64,000 bases of DNA from Candidatus Latescibacterota bacterium (GCA_963707635.1 OY970173.1:1216001-1280000), one strand, 5' to 3'. Positions 40,475 to 54,319 are shown, counted from the first letter of the stretch. Made by a program: numbers and translations. The notes: generated from the letters alone by a model not told the origin.

Positions 40475-41167
40475 ATGACCAGACTCGACGCCAGACTCCT
40501 CGTGGGCCCACGTGGCCCGGACCTGGTCGCCTCGACGGCCCGTCTCACCCTGGTTCAGAAGATGGGGCTGGGCGAGCGGCTGGCCGGACTCAAGCGGTGG
40601 GATTTCTTCCACCTGGAGGTGGAGGCGGTGGCTGCGCCGGGCAGCCTGGTCCAGGCGCTTACCGGCACCCTGGCCCGCCAGAGCACGTTTTATAACCGTA
40701 ACAAGCACATGTACTCGCTGGAATGCCGCTGGGATGGCGGCGAGACAACCGATGGCCCCTCCCACGAGGAGCTGAAGCGCCAGTTCGGGCAAGGTTTGGG
40801 TACCCGATCGGGAACTGGCATAGATTTCGATGGAAAGGAAGACCGTAAAGCCGATATTGTAAAGGCGTCTCCGGTCTTTTTGGTCGAGGTGTTCGTTCAG
40901 GACGATGACTCGGCCGGCCGGAACGCCATCGCAGCCAGGCTCACCCGGGAGCTTTCGGGGGCCACCGGGGACCCGGTGCGGGTCCAGTGCCCCGGTCGAG
41001 CCACCGTCTGGTGGCTCGGGATCGCGGCCCGGGACGAGACGGCAGCGATGGAAACGGCCAGACAGATAACGGTAACGAAGCGGCGCGATGAGGGGCTCCT
41101 CATGAACCCCAACTACCAGCGCGCCGAATTCGTTTCCGCGGGAAGGGTCGATCGGGTGGCTTCATGA
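40475..41167 (+). CDS. purS: PurS-like protein, probably a tandem two-domain form
   Basis: 230 aa; two halves ending FYNRNKH and LLMNPNYQ (PurS-like LLxNP end); ATGA overlap with purF; purL and purQ upstream. Confidence 0.6.
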   Translation: MTRLDARLLVGPRGPDLVASTARLTLVQKMGLGERLAGLKRWDFFHLEVEAVAAPGSLVQALTGTLARQSTFYNRNKHMYSLECRWDGGETTDGPSHEELKRQFGQGLGTRSGTGIDFDGKEDRKADIVKASPVFLVEVFVQDDDSAGRNAIAARLTRELSGATGDPVRVQCPGRATVWWLGIAARDETAAMETARQITVTKRRDEGLLMNPNYQRAEFVSAGRVDRVAS

Positions 41168-42564
41168 TCGAGTCGCTCCACGAGGAGTGCGGAGTGTTCG
41201 GGATATACGGGTCCAAGGGCGCGGCACAGAACGCGTTCCTCGGCCTGTACGCCCTGCAGCACCGGGGTCAGGAAGCCGCCGGGATCGTCTCGACCGACGG
41301 CGAGCGGATGCACGAGCACAAGGGGATGGGTCTCGTCGCGCAGGTGTTCGACGAAGAGTCCATCGGCCGCCTGCACGGGCACGCCGCCATCGGCCACAAC
41401 CGCTACTCGACGACCGGCCTGCCACGAGCCGCCAACATTCAGCCGCTGCTCGTGGACTGCAAAGTCGGGAAGCTGGCACTTGCTCATAACGGCAATCTCG
41501 TCAACGCCCTCGAGCTCCGTGGCCGCATGGAAGCCGAGGGGTCCATCTTCAACACGACGATGGACAGCGAAGTCATTCTGCACCTGATTGCGCGGAGCAG
41601 GGAAGCCACACTCGACCGCATGATCGTCGATGCGGTGCGGCAGTTGCGGGGTGCGTTCTCGGTCTTGTTGCTGACCAAGGACGCGCTGATCGCGGTACGC
41701 GACCCGCAGTGTTTCCGGCCGCTCTGTCTGGGCCGGCTGGGTGATGCCACTATCATCACCAGCGAATCCTGCGCGCTGGACATCATCGGCGCCGATTACG
41801 TTCGGGATATCGAGCCAGGGGAACTCGTCATCGTAGACGAGCGGGGGATTCGATCCGAACGGGCGTTCGAACCGGAGCAGCAGGCCAAGTGCATATTCGA
41901 GTTCATATACTTCTCGCGTCCGGACAGCAAGGTGTTCGGGGAAAACGTCGACAAGGTGCGTCGGAAGCTGGGCGTCGTGCTCGCCCGCAAGCACCCGGTC
42001 GCCGCGGACATCGTGATCGCCGTGCCGGATTCGAGTAATACTTCAAGTCTTGGATTCGCCCAGACCTCGGGCATTCCGTTCGAGATCGGGCTGATTCGGA
42101 ACCACTACGTCGGGCGTACGTTCATCCAGCCGAGCCAGTCGCAGCGCGACGGCACCGTACGGCTGAAATTCAACACGGTGGACGGGGTGCTCAAGGGTAA
42201 GCGGGTGGCGGTGGTGGACGACTCGATCGTACGCGGTTCCACGATGAAGAAACTCGTAGCCATGCTCCACAAGGCCGGTGCGAAGGAAGTTCACCTGCGC
42301 ATCGCTTCTCCCCCCGTCAAGTTCCCCTGTTTTTACGGGATCGATATGCCGTCGCGTCGCGAATTGATCGCGTCGTCGACGTCCGTCGAAGAGATCCGGC
42401 GGTACCTCGGGGTCGACAGCCTCGAGTATCTCACCGTCGAGGATCTCCGCTCGGTCGTCGATGACCCGGTCAACTTCTGCAAGGCGTGTTTTACCGGCGA
42501 GTATCCGGTCCCGCTGACGTCGGACCTGAACAAGTCCGTGTTCGAAGACACCGCCGTCGCCTAG
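41164..42564 (+). CDS. purF: Amidophosphoribosyltransferase
   Basis: EECGVFG, LQHRGQE, GHNRYST, HNGNL, VDDSIVRG, CKAC. Confidence 0.97.
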   Translation: MIESLHEECGVFGIYGSKGAAQNAFLGLYALQHRGQEAAGIVSTDGERMHEHKGMGLVAQVFDEESIGRLHGHAAIGHNRYSTTGLPRAANIQPLLVDCKVGKLALAHNGNLVNALELRGRMEAEGSIFNTTMDSEVILHLIARSREATLDRMIVDAVRQLRGAFSVLLLTKDALIAVRDPQCFRPLCLGRLGDATIITSESCALDIIGADYVRDIEPGELVIVDERGIRSERAFEPEQQAKCIFEFIYFSRPDSKVFGENVDKVRRKLGVVLARKHPVAADIVIAVPDSSNTSSLGFAQTSGIPFEIGLIRNHYVGRTFIQPSQSQRDGTVRLKFNTVDGVLKGKRVAVVDDSIVRGSTMKKLVAMLHKAGAKEVHLRIASPPVKFPCFYGIDMPSRRELIASSTSVEEIRRYLGVDSLEYLTVEDLRSVVDDPVNFCKACFTGEYPVPLTSDLNKSVFEDTAVA

Positions 42565-42653
42565 GCGACGGGACGTTTTCGAACCCGGTTCTCGTCGCGG
42601 CTCGAAGCGAGCGCGGCGACGGTCCATTTGAAAACTGAACGCGAGTATCGCGA

Positions 42654-43355
42654 GTGCTAAAAGTCAGGATCCAGTTCGAGAAGCTGGGATCGATTCGCTT
42701 TGCGTCCCACCGGGACCTCATGCGCGCGTTCGAACGAGCGTTCGCCGCGGGTGGTGTGCCGGTGTCGTGGAGCGAAGGGTTCCACCCGCACATGCGGTTG
42801 TCGTTCGGCCCGCCCCTGAAGACGGGGTGGGAGAGCCGCGAGGAGTACATGGACGTACAACTCGAGGCTCCGATGGACGGCATGGCCGCCGCGTGCAATG
42901 AGAAGCTCCCCGACGGGCTTCGGATCACCCGCGTCGTCGAAATCGGCGAGCGGGTGACGAAGCTCGCGTCCGACATCTCCGCCGTCGCCCTCGAGGCGGC
43001 GGTCGAGTCGGAGGACGCGATCGCGGCCGGTGCTCCGCGCAACGGCAGCGGCCCAGACGCCTCTGCTATAAGGGAGCGACTCGCCAACCAGTTCCTCCAA
43101 ACCCCCAATACCGAAGGCGAGCCCCGGGTGCTGGAGGCGGACGTCGTCCGAACCGAGGACGCGATCCGCATCCGCTACACCTCGTCCATGCTCAATGGGC
43201 GCATCGTGACCCCCGACACGCTCGTTTCGGCCTCGATCGGTGACCCCGGCCAATTTCGCGTGCCCGTCAAAGTGGCGAGAATCGCCCAGTACGTGGAGCG
43301 CGACGGCCGGTTCGTTTCGCCGCTCGATGAAGGAGTCGTGCATCCAAGCGTATGA
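42654..43355 (+). CDS. TIGR03936/DUF2344 radical-SAM-associated protein
   Basis: FASHRDLMRAFERA, SEGFHPH, SFGPPL..GWES..EY; adjacent to rng. Confidence 0.85.
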   Translation: MLKVRIQFEKLGSIRFASHRDLMRAFERAFAAGGVPVSWSEGFHPHMRLSFGPPLKTGWESREEYMDVQLEAPMDGMAAACNEKLPDGLRITRVVEIGERVTKLASDISAVALEAAVESEDAIAAGAPRNGSGPDASAIRERLANQFLQTPNTEGEPRVLEADVVRTEDAIRIRYTSSMLNGRIVTPDTLVSASIGDPGQFRVPVKVARIAQYVERDGRFVSPLDEGVVHPSV

Positions 43356-44941
43356 AAGAAGTTCTGATCAATTCCGGTTCGCAGGAAGTACGGGCCGCCA
43401 TCGTCGAAGACGGCGAGCTGATGGAGTTCATGGTCGAGCGGGCGCAGACGCGCCGGATCGTCGGCGACATCTACCTCGGCCGCGTGAACGCGATCCTGCC
43501 CGGCATCCAGGCCGCGTTCGTCGACATCGGCTATGAGAAAGCGGGCTTTCTCCACGCGGGCGACCTGGTGCCGGACACCGAGTCGTTCGAGATGGAGGGC
43601 GGAGTCGACATCGAAGACGACGAGGGGCCGCGGCGTGATCGCGGGGATCGCGGCGGCAACGGCCGCGGCGGGCGCGGGCGGCGCGAGTCGCACCAGAAGG
43701 CACCCGTGCAGCCCATCGAGAAGATGCTCCAGAAGGGGCAGGAAGTGCTGGTGCAGGTCACCAAGGAGGCCATCGGCACCAAGGGCCCCCGCCTCACCAC
43801 CCAGATCTCGATCCCGGGCCGGCACGTGGTCTACATGCCCAACACGGACTACCTCGGCATCTCGCGCCGCATCGAGTCGCGCCAGGAGCGCCAGCGGCTG
43901 CGCCAGCTGATCGCCAAGAAGAAGCCGGCGAACTGCGCGGTCATCGCGCGCACGGCGTGCGAGGGCGTCGAGGACAAGCACATCGTCTCCGACATCAACT
44001 ACCTGCACAAGCTCTGGCAGGAGATCAAGCGCCGCGCCGAGAAGGCGCAGGCGCCCGAGCTCGTGCACGAGGAAGTCGGCATGGTGGTCGGCATGGTGCG
44101 GGACCTGATCGCGGAAGACATCGACAAGATCTGGATGGACAACGAGAAGGAGTACCGCCACCTCGTGCGCCATCTGCGCCAGGTAAGCCCGGACCTGGCC
44201 TCGCGGACGTACCATTTCCGCGACCGCTCGCCGATCTTCGACAAGTACAACATCGAAGCGGAAATCGAGAAGACGCTCGACCGCAAGGTGTGGCTCAAGA
44301 AGGGCGGCTATTTGATTTTCGACCAGACCGAAGCGCTGGTGGCGATCGACGTCAACACCGGCCGTTTCGTGGGCAAGCGCGACCAGGAGGAGACCATCCT
44401 GGAGACGAACCTGCTCGCGGCGCGCGAGATCCCGAGACAGCTGCGGCTGCGCGACATCGGCGGCATCATCGTGATCGACTTCATCGACATGGAAAGCGAA
44501 GCCAACAAGAAGAAGGTGCTGGCCGAGCTGCGCAACCACCTGCGCAAGGACCGCTCGCGCGCGAAGGCGTTCGCGGTGAGCGACCTGGGGCTGGTCGAGG
44601 TGAGCCGCAAACGCGTGCGCCCGAGCCTGCTCCACTTCCTGAGCGAGGAGTGCCCGTACTGTCACGGGACGGGGAAGGTGCTCTCGTTCGACACGCTGGC
44701 GAACAAGATCGAGCGGCAGATTCACCGCATCGGTCAGCGCACCAAGGAGCGCCGCCTCCAGCTGCGCGTAAACACCTCGTTCGCGATCTTCCTGGAAGAG
44801 CAGCGCGGCGGCATGCTCGACGCGCTGGAGCGCCAGTACCGCATGCGCATCGAAATTCAGGACGACCCGCGGCTCCACCGCGAAGACTTCAAGGTGGTGT
44901 CGCTCTCGAGCTTCCGCGACCTGGCGCAGGAGGCGGGGTAG
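43352..44941 (+). CDS. rng: Ribonuclease G/E family
   Basis: S1 domain AAFVDIG, KGPRLT, IDVNTG, LRDIGGIIVIDFIDM, CPYCHGTG. Confidence 0.95.
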   Translation: MKEVLINSGSQEVRAAIVEDGELMEFMVERAQTRRIVGDIYLGRVNAILPGIQAAFVDIGYEKAGFLHAGDLVPDTESFEMEGGVDIEDDEGPRRDRGDRGGNGRGGRGRRESHQKAPVQPIEKMLQKGQEVLVQVTKEAIGTKGPRLTTQISIPGRHVVYMPNTDYLGISRRIESRQERQRLRQLIAKKKPANCAVIARTACEGVEDKHIVSDINYLHKLWQEIKRRAEKAQAPELVHEEVGMVVGMVRDLIAEDIDKIWMDNEKEYRHLVRHLRQVSPDLASRTYHFRDRSPIFDKYNIEAEIEKTLDRKVWLKKGGYLIFDQTEALVAIDVNTGRFVGKRDQEETILETNLLAAREIPRQLRLRDIGGIIVIDFIDMESEANKKKVLAELRNHLRKDRSRAKAFAVSDLGLVEVSRKRVRPSLLHFLSEECPYCHGTGKVLSFDTLANKIERQIHRIGQRTKERRLQLRVNTSFAIFLEEQRGGMLDALERQYRMRIEIQDDPRLHREDFKVVSLSSFRDLAQEAG

Positions 44942-46073
44942 GGGGCGTCCCGGCGTAGCCAACGGTTCCCAGGACGCGCTCGGCCTCGAGCCGATTGTGA
45001 AACGCGCACAGCAGCCTGAGGTTGCCCGGTGCGCCTCTGCCGCCGCGCGCGATCGGGTTGATGTGATCGACCTGGAGCGCTCGCGTTGACGCACAGCGTC
45101 GGCCCGACGCACCCACGTAGCTGCAGCGGCCCCCGTCGCGGGTGAATACCTCATCTTTCACCGCGGCGGTGACGTGTCGAGGGTGCGGCACTTTCGATGG
45201 CCGCTCCACAGCCGGACGTTGCTCCCTCTTCTCGTCTCCCTTTGTGTGAGATCGCTCCTTACGCTCCTCGCGTCTCTCGCGACGCGCACTGGGATCTTCC
45301 TTCTCGATGAAACGATCCATCGCGAGCCCGAAGGTCTGCTCGAGTGAGGGGTTTGCCGGCAGCTGGTGCCAGGCCAGCGATCGAATCTTCTCCAGCTTCG
45401 CCATGAATGCCTCACTGGCGGAGAACGAGACCAACATGCGCTTTTCGGTGACGGTGCTTGACTCGCGATGCGTCGGCGCACCATCTCGCAACTCACACAA
45501 ATCACTGCCGCTGCGGTAGTGATCGCTCGTTGGCGCGCTGTGGGGAGCGGGCGTTTGACTGCCTGATGGCGCTGGAACGTCGGCGGAGCACGAGGCAGCG
45601 ACCCCGGCGGCGGCCTGCGCCGACGCGACGGTGGGAACCCGCACCACGACGGGCCTTATCCGGTCCGGTGGAAACGATCGCGGCTCGTACTCCGCCACGA
45701 TCGCATCCACCTCTCGCTGCGATCTGCCCCGAATTCGTGTGAGCAGGCGGTCCTTGTTCTCGGGCGATAAGACCCGCGAAACCTGTGAGACCGTGCTCAA
45801 ATTGACCTCGTTCGACTCCAGCAATGCGTGCATCTCCGGGAAGCGAGCCATGCAGCGGGCCGTCCGAATCCGACGGGCCGCCGCCGAAGCTGAATAGCCC
45901 AGCCCCGTCGTGCAGTAATCGAACATCGATGCGTAGCCCTGCTTCAGATGCAGCCGTCGTCGCTCGATCTCGCTCAGGTGGAGCAGAACGGCCAGAGTGA
46001 GTGATCGCTCACGGCGTGTGAGTTCTTGAATCCTGGAGAGAATCTCGCGGTCGGAAAGATTTCGAAGGGACAT
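44889..46073 (-). CDS. HNH endonuclease with helical N-terminal domain (DUF222-like, probably selfish)
   Basis: RDGGRC...RRC...QVDHINPIARGG...NLRLLCAFHN; RBS AGGAGG; atypical codon usage; 3' end overlaps rng antisense. Confidence 0.85.
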   Translation of the reverse strand: MSLRNLSDREILSRIQELTRRERSLTLAVLLHLSEIERRRLHLKQGYASMFDYCTTGLGYSASAAARRIRTARCMARFPEMHALLESNEVNLSTVSQVSRVLSPENKDRLLTRIRGRSQREVDAIVAEYEPRSFPPDRIRPVVVRVPTVASAQAAAGVAASCSADVPAPSGSQTPAPHSAPTSDHYRSGSDLCELRDGAPTHRESSTVTEKRMLVSFSASEAFMAKLEKIRSLAWHQLPANPSLEQTFGLAMDRFIEKEDPSARRERREERKERSHTKGDEKREQRPAVERPSKVPHPRHVTAAVKDEVFTRDGGRCSYVGASGRRCASTRALQVDHINPIARGGRGAPGNLRLLCAFHNRLEAERVLGTVGYAGTPPTPPPAPGRGSSRATPP

Positions 46074-46074
46074 G

Positions 46075-46118
46075 ACGCAACCTCCTTGCATGCGGAAACG
46101 AAGCGCGGGAGGATGCGC
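46075..46118 (-). promoter_or_regulatory. 5'UTR hairpin occluding the HNH Shine-Dalgarno
   Basis: GCGCAUCCUCC pairs with GGAGGUUGCGU (10 of 11 positions) immediately before the AUG. Confidence 0.6.
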
Positions 46119-46128
46119 CGATGCTCGG

Positions 46129-46157
46129 AATCTAGATTGTGTTCACTAACTTGTCAA
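46129..46157 (-). promoter_or_regulatory. Sigma70-type promoter of the HNH gene
   Basis: Minus strand TTGACA-N17-TAGATT; the -10 lies in palindrome AATCTAGATT. Confidence 0.7.
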
Positions 46158-46178
46158 CACGAAAATGTTCCGCGAGGC

Positions 46179-46212
46179 AAAAAAAGCGGGACCGTCAACA
46201 TGACGGCCCCGC
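46179..46212 (-). terminator. Rho-independent terminator of the tricorn gene
   Basis: GCGGGGCCGUCA-UGU-UGACGGUCCCGC followed by U7. Confidence 0.88.
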
Positions 46213-46284
46213 TCTTGGTAATGCGCGCTCATCACGCGCCTGGTCCTCGCGTGCGTGGACCTGACGACGCTTCGCGCGCACGCG

Positions 46285-49584
<3,300 letters not shown>

Positions 49585-49882
49585 GGGTTGATCTCCACCG
49601 GTAGCGATGAGGGTGTCACAAGGGATTCGCGGTTGTACCGCCTGGACCGAAGCCAGGTCGGTGGATGATAGCGGATTATTCTACCGCCCGCTACGGGCGC
49701 CGGAAACGGGCCCACGAGCTTCGACGGGACCAACCCGACATTCGTTGCGTCCCGTCGCCCGTTTTCTTGCCCCGGATGGACAGCCGGGCGCGCGGGGAGT
49801 ATCCTCACGCTCGATACGTCGGCCCGCTCCCCGGCGATCACGTCATTCTTCCTCGACCCCTTCCGTAGCGAGGTACATTCCC

Positions 49883-50545
49883 ATGAATGCATCGTCAGCG
49901 AAGCTCGATGTCACGAACGGCATGGGCACGGAACCGGGGCGAAGACTCACGAGGTCTTTCTTCGAGCGTCCCTGCGCCGTCGTGGCCCGCGATCTCATCG
50001 GTTGCACCTTCGCCCGAACGCTGGACGACGGAACCGTCCTGGCGGCGAGGCTGGTCGAGGTGGAGGCCTACGTCGGCGATGGCACCGACCCCGGCTCGCA
50101 CGCGCACCGGGGCCCGACGGCGCGCAACCGCGTCATGTTCGGGCCCGCGGGGCGTCTGTACGTCTACCTGATCTACGGCCTCCATTATTGCGCGAACATC
50201 GTCTGCGAAGGGGGCCGGGGAGCTGCCGTGCTGCTGCGCGCTGCGGAGCCGATCGCGGGCATCGACGTCATGCGGGCGCAGCGCGGGCTGGACGAAAAGA
50301 TGCCCGACGCCGCGATCCTGCGCGGCCCGGCGAACTTCTGCCGGGCACTCGGGCTCACGCGCGACGACAACGGGCGCAGTCTGCTGTCGGGTGGTGTTGT
50401 GGTTCGGGGGCCGTCCGCGCGGAGCGTTCGCCCCGCCATCTCGGTCTCGACGCGGATCGGCCTTTCGCGCGGCGTCGAACTACCGTATCGTTTCTTCGCT
50501 GCCAATGATCCCCACGTCAGCGGGGTGCCAGGCGCTCGTCGGTGA
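49883..50545 (+). CDS. mpg: DNA-3-methyladenine glycosylase (AAG/MPG family)
   Basis: VARDLIG, VEVEAY, YVYLIYGLHYCANIV, AVLLRA, GPANFC, RIGL. Confidence 0.92.
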   Translation: MNASSAKLDVTNGMGTEPGRRLTRSFFERPCAVVARDLIGCTFARTLDDGTVLAARLVEVEAYVGDGTDPGSHAHRGPTARNRVMFGPAGRLYVYLIYGLHYCANIVCEGGRGAAVLLRAAEPIAGIDVMRAQRGLDEKMPDAAILRGPANFCRALGLTRDDNGRSLLSGGVVVRGPSARSVRPAISVSTRIGLSRGVELPYRFFAANDPHVSGVPGARR

Positions 50546-50566
50546 TCGTACCTTGAGGAGTCACAC

Positions 50567-51091
50567 ATGTTGAAAGCGGTTTGGGTTTTTGCGGCGGCGA
50601 CGCTGATCGTGGCGGGCGCCGCTCGCGCGGACGAGAAGCTCGTGACCATCAGTCTCGTGTCGGAGGCCGGAGTTGGCGAGAAGATCGGCACCATCCGCGC
50701 CGTCGACACACCCTACGGCGTGCTCTTTACGCCGGAGCTGGGGAAGCTAACGCCGGGGCTGCACGGGTTCCACGTGCACGAGAACGCGCACTGCGATTGT
50801 GCCGAGAAGGAAGGGAAGATGGTGGCGGGTCTCGCCGCCGGGAGTCATTTCGACCCGGCCAAGACCGGGCGCCACTCCGGTCCGTACGCGGACGGGCACC
50901 TCGGCGACCTGCCGCCCTTGTTCGTCGCGGCCGACGGCACCTCCACGCTGCCCGTGCTGGCGCCGCGCCTGAAAGTGAAGGACCTCGCGGGCCGGGCCCT
51001 GATGATCCACGCCGGGGGCGACAACTACTCGGACCAGCCCGCGGCCCTCGGCGGGGGCGGGGCGAGGATCGCGTGCGGAGTCGTGGAGTAG
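50567..51091 (+). CDS. sodC: Periplasmic Cu/Zn superoxide dismutase
   Basis: Signal peptide, HGFHVHE, SHFDP, GHLGDLP, IHAGGDN, RIACGV. Confidence 0.95.
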   Translation: MLKAVWVFAAATLIVAGAARADEKLVTISLVSEAGVGEKIGTIRAVDTPYGVLFTPELGKLTPGLHGFHVHENAHCDCAEKEGKMVAGLAAGSHFDPAKTGRHSGPYADGHLGDLPPLFVAADGTSTLPVLAPRLKVKDLAGRALMIHAGGDNYSDQPAALGGGGARIACGVVE

Positions 51092-51250
51092 CCGCCATCG
51101 CCCAACCCCAACCCACCCAGCCGGTTAGGCGGAAGCGGCCCCGCTCGCACCGCCCGCCGACTTAGTTCCTTGACACCCGCCGCGGGATCGATTACTAATC
51201 GTAGGTTGTTTTCGAGCGCCTGCGCGCGGAACCCAGAGTGGAGTAGAGAC

Positions 51251-51562
51251 ATGTACGCGATCGTCAAAGTCCGTGGCCTTCAATTCAAGGCCGAGCCCAA
51301 TACCATCATCCGCGTGCCGCTGCTCGAGAGCGAGGTCGGCCAGGGCGTTACCTTCGACCAGGTGCTCCTGTGGTCCGACGGCGAGACGACTACCGTCGGC
51401 GCTCCGCTCGTGGCGGGCAAGTCCGTCAGCGGCGAGGTCGTTCGTCACAGCCGCAGCGACAAGATTCGCATCTTCAAGAAGAAGCGCCGCAAGAAGTACC
51501 GCCGCCGCGGCAATCACCGGCAGTGGTTCACGGAAGTTCGACTGACGGGGTTCAGCAGCTAG
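51251..51562 (+). CDS. rplU: 50S ribosomal protein L21
   Basis: MYAIV...[21 protein letters not shown]. Confidence 0.96.
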   Translation: MYAIVKVRGLQFKAEPNTIIRVPLLESEVGQGVTFDQVLLWSDGETTTVGAPLVAGKSVSGEVVRHSRSDKIRIFKKKRRKKYRRRGNHRQWFTEVRLTGFSS

Positions 51563-51573
51563 GGGTAGGCAGC

Positions 51574-51831
51574 ATGGCACACAAAAAAGGTGTTGGCAGT
51601 TCCAAGAATGGGCGCGACAGTCACGGTCAGCGCCTCGGCGTGAAGCGGTTCTCCGGCGAGTTCGTCACCGCCGGGTCGATCATCGTGCGCCAGCGCGGCA
51701 CCCATATCCATCCCGGCCGGAATGTGGGCCGCGGAAAGGACGACACGCTCTTTGCCACGGTCACGGGTACGGTCAGGTTCGAGCCTTTCGGGAAGAACCG
51801 CAGGCGCGTCAGCGTCGTCGAAGCGAACTAG
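51574..51831 (+). CDS. rpmA: 50S ribosomal protein L27
   Basis: [32 protein letters not shown]. Confidence 0.98.
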   Translation: MAHKKGVGSSKNGRDSHGQRLGVKRFSGEFVTAGSIIVRQRGTHIHPGRNVGRGKDDTLFATVTGTVRFEPFGKNRRRVSVVEAN

Positions 51832-51859
51832 CGCTTCGCGCCGCCGCACCGCCGGGCGT

Positions 51860-52606
51860 TCGGCCCCCGCATCTCCATCCTTCGCCATCGTTCTCCCCGC
51901 CCGCTACGGGTCGACCCGTTTCCCGGGGAAACCACTCGCCCAGATTTCGGGTAAGCCGCTGATCGAATGGGTCTACCGCGGCGCGCAGCGCGTGCGCGGG
52001 GTCACCCGCGTGCTGGTGGCCACCGACGACGAGCGCGTCGCGCGCGCTGTGCGCGCCTTCGGCGGCGACCTGGTCATGACGCGCTCCGACCACGTGACTG
52101 GCACCGATCGCGTGGCGGAGGTCGCGAAGACGCTCCGCGTCGCCGTGGTCGTCAACCTGCAGGGCGACGAGCCGGTGTTCGACCCCGAGATGGTCGAACG
52201 CATGGTGGCGCGCCTGGCGCGCGACCGCGGGGTCGACATCGTCACCGCGTGCCACGCCCTCTACCACGCCGATGCCTTTCGCAGCCCGCACGTCGTCAAA
52301 GTGGTCATCGACAAGAAGGGGCACGCGCTGTACTTTTCGCGCTCGCCGATCCCGAGCGGCGCCATGGAGCACGCGGCGGGCGCGTACCGCCACATCGGCG
52401 CGTACGCATTCCGGCGCGACGCCCTCGCGCGCTTCACCAGGCTCCCGCGGACGCCGCTGGAGATCTCGGAGCGGCTGGAGCAGCTGCGAGCGCTGGAGCA
52501 CGGATTCAAGATCGCGGTGGTCGAAACCGATCGCGAGACCGTGGGCGTCGACGTCCCCGCCGACATAAAAAACGTTGAAAGGGCAATGCGGGAGTCCATA
52601 GACTGA
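51860..52606 (+). CDS. kdsB: CMP-Kdo synthetase (start codon uncertain)
   Basis: [51 protein letters not shown]. No in-frame ATG/GTG/TTG after the rpmA stop. Confidence 0.92.
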   Translation, partial: SAPASPSFAIVLPARYGSTRFPGKPLAQISGKPLIEWVYRGAQRVRGVTRVLVATDDERVARAVRAFGGDLVMTRSDHVTGTDRVAEVAKTLRVAVVVNLQGDEPVFDPEMVERMVARLARDRGVDIVTACHALYHADAFRSPHVVKVVIDKKGHALYFSRSPIPSGAMEHAAGAYRHIGAYAFRRDALARFTRLPRTPLEISERLEQLRALEHGFKIAVVETDRETVGVDVPADIKNVERAMRESID

Positions 52607-52668
52607 TCGAAGGTGATTGCGTCGTTGCACGCGTGCGGCAGGAAACACGAACGCGCGAGGTCGGAGCC

Positions 52669-54300
52669 ATGAAGTACATCTTCGTTACCGGTGGCGTGGT
52701 CTCGTCCCTCGGGAAGGGCATCGCCGCCGCCTCCATCGGACTCCTGCTCAAGCAGCGGGGACTTCGCGTCGCCATCCAGAAGCTCGACCCGTACCTGAAT
52801 GTCGACCCGGGCACGATGAGCCCGTTCCAGCACGGCGAGGTGTTCGTGACCGACGACGGCGGCGAGACCGACCTCGACCTCGGCCACTACGAACGCTTCC
52901 TCGACCAGAATCTGACCCGCAACAGTAGTGTTACCGCCGGCAAGGTGTACCAGGCGGTCATCGAGCGGGAACGCAGCGGCGGCTACCTGGGGAAGACCGT
53001 GCAGGTGGTTCCCCACGTCACCGACGAGATCAAGACGCGCATCAAGGCTGCCGGGGCCAACGGCGACGTCGACGTCATTATTACCGAAATCGGGGGAACC
53101 ACGGGCGATATCGAGGGCCTCCCGTTTCTGGAGGCATGCCGCCAGATGCGGCACGAGGAGGGCGCGGACAACTGCATCTTCGTCCACCTCGTCCTGGTCC
53201 CGTACATCAAGGCAGCCAGGGAGATCAAGACCAAGCCCACGCAGCACAGCGTCAAGGGCCTGCTCGAGATCGGCATCCAGCCCGACGTGCTCTTGTGCCG
53301 AACCGAGGTGCCGCTCGGCCCGGAGATCCGCGCCAAGATCGCGCTCTTCTGCAACGTGCGCGAGCGCGCCGTGATCGAGGCGCGCGACGTGACCTCCATC
53401 TATCACGTGCCGCTCCATTTTCATCGCGAGGGACTCGACGACATCATCGTGACGCTCCTCCACCTCGACGCGGCGCAACCCGACCTGGAGGAATGGGAGC
53501 AGCTGATCCAGCGCATGACCGCCATCGAGGAGGGGGTCAAGATCGCGGTCGTCGGCAAGTACGTCCAGGTCCAGGACGCGTACAAGTCGATCATCGAGGC
53601 GTTCACGCACGCCGGCGTGCAGAACGACGCCCACGTGCAGGTGGTGTGGGTCGACGCCGAGGACGTGGAGAAGCTGGGCGCCGACGAGGCGCTGCGCGGA
53701 GTGGCCGGCATCCTGGTGCCGGGCGGGTTCGGCGAGCGCGGAATCTCCGGCAAGCTCGACGCGATTCGCCACGCGCGCGAGAACGAGATCCCGTTCCTCG
53801 GCATCTGCCTGGGGCTGCAGTGCGCGGTGATCGAGTTCGCCCGTGACGTCTGCGGCATCCCGGACGCCTTGAGCAGCGAGTTCAGCCCCAACTGCCCCCA
53901 CCCGGTGATCGATCTCATGGAGGGCCAGACCCACAGCGGAAAAAAAGGCGGCACCATGCGACTGGGTGCGTATCCGTGCCGCATCAAGCCCGGCACGCTG
54001 GCCGCCGACCTCTACGATGCGGGCGAGATCAGCGAACGCCATCGCCACCGCTGGGAAGTGAACAACGAGTACCGTGAGACGCTGGAACGCCACGGACTGA
54101 CGATTTCGGGGACGTCGCCGGACGGGAGCCTGGTCGAGATCATCGAGATCACCGAACATCCCTATTTCATCGCCTCGCAGTTCCACCCCGAGCTCAAGAG
54201 CCGCCCCAACCGTCCGCACCCGCTGTTCTTCGGGCTGGTGCGCGCGGCGAAGTCGCAGCGGAACTCGCATTCGCCTTCGGCCCGGCAAGTGAGCGCGTAG
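52669..54300 (+). CDS. pyrG: CTP synthase
   Basis: [49 protein letters not shown]. Confidence 0.98.
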   Translation: MKYIFVTGGVVSSLGKGIAAASIGLLLKQRGLRVAIQKLDPYLNVDPGTMSPFQHGEVFVTDDGGETDLDLGHYERFLDQNLTRNSSVTAGKVYQAVIERERSGGYLGKTVQVVPHVTDEIKTRIKAAGANGDVDVIITEIGGTTGDIEGLPFLEACRQMRHEEGADNCIFVHLVLVPYIKAAREIKTKPTQHSVKGLLEIGIQPDVLLCRTEVPLGPEIRAKIALFCNVRERAVIEARDVTSIYHVPLHFHREGLDDIIVTLLHLDAAQPDLEEWEQLIQRMTAIEEGVKIAVVGKYVQVQDAYKSIIEAFTHAGVQNDAHVQVVWVDAEDVEKLGADEALRGVAGILVPGGFGERGISGKLDAIRHARENEIPFLGICLGLQCAVIEFARDVCGIPDALSSEFSPNCPHPVIDLMEGQTHSGKKGGTMRLGAYPCRIKPGTLAADLYDAGEISERHRHRWEVNNEYRETLERHGLTISGTSPDGSLVEIIEITEHPYFIASQFHPELKSRPNRPHPLFFGLVRAAKSQRNSHSPSARQVSA

Positions 54301-54319
54301 GACGCGCCGGGGAACCGCC

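Noticed and set aside
46138..46157. LexA/SOS box in the HNH promoter
   Set aside because: Only a partial match (GTTC-N7-TGTC), and the LexA motif of this lineage is unknown to me.
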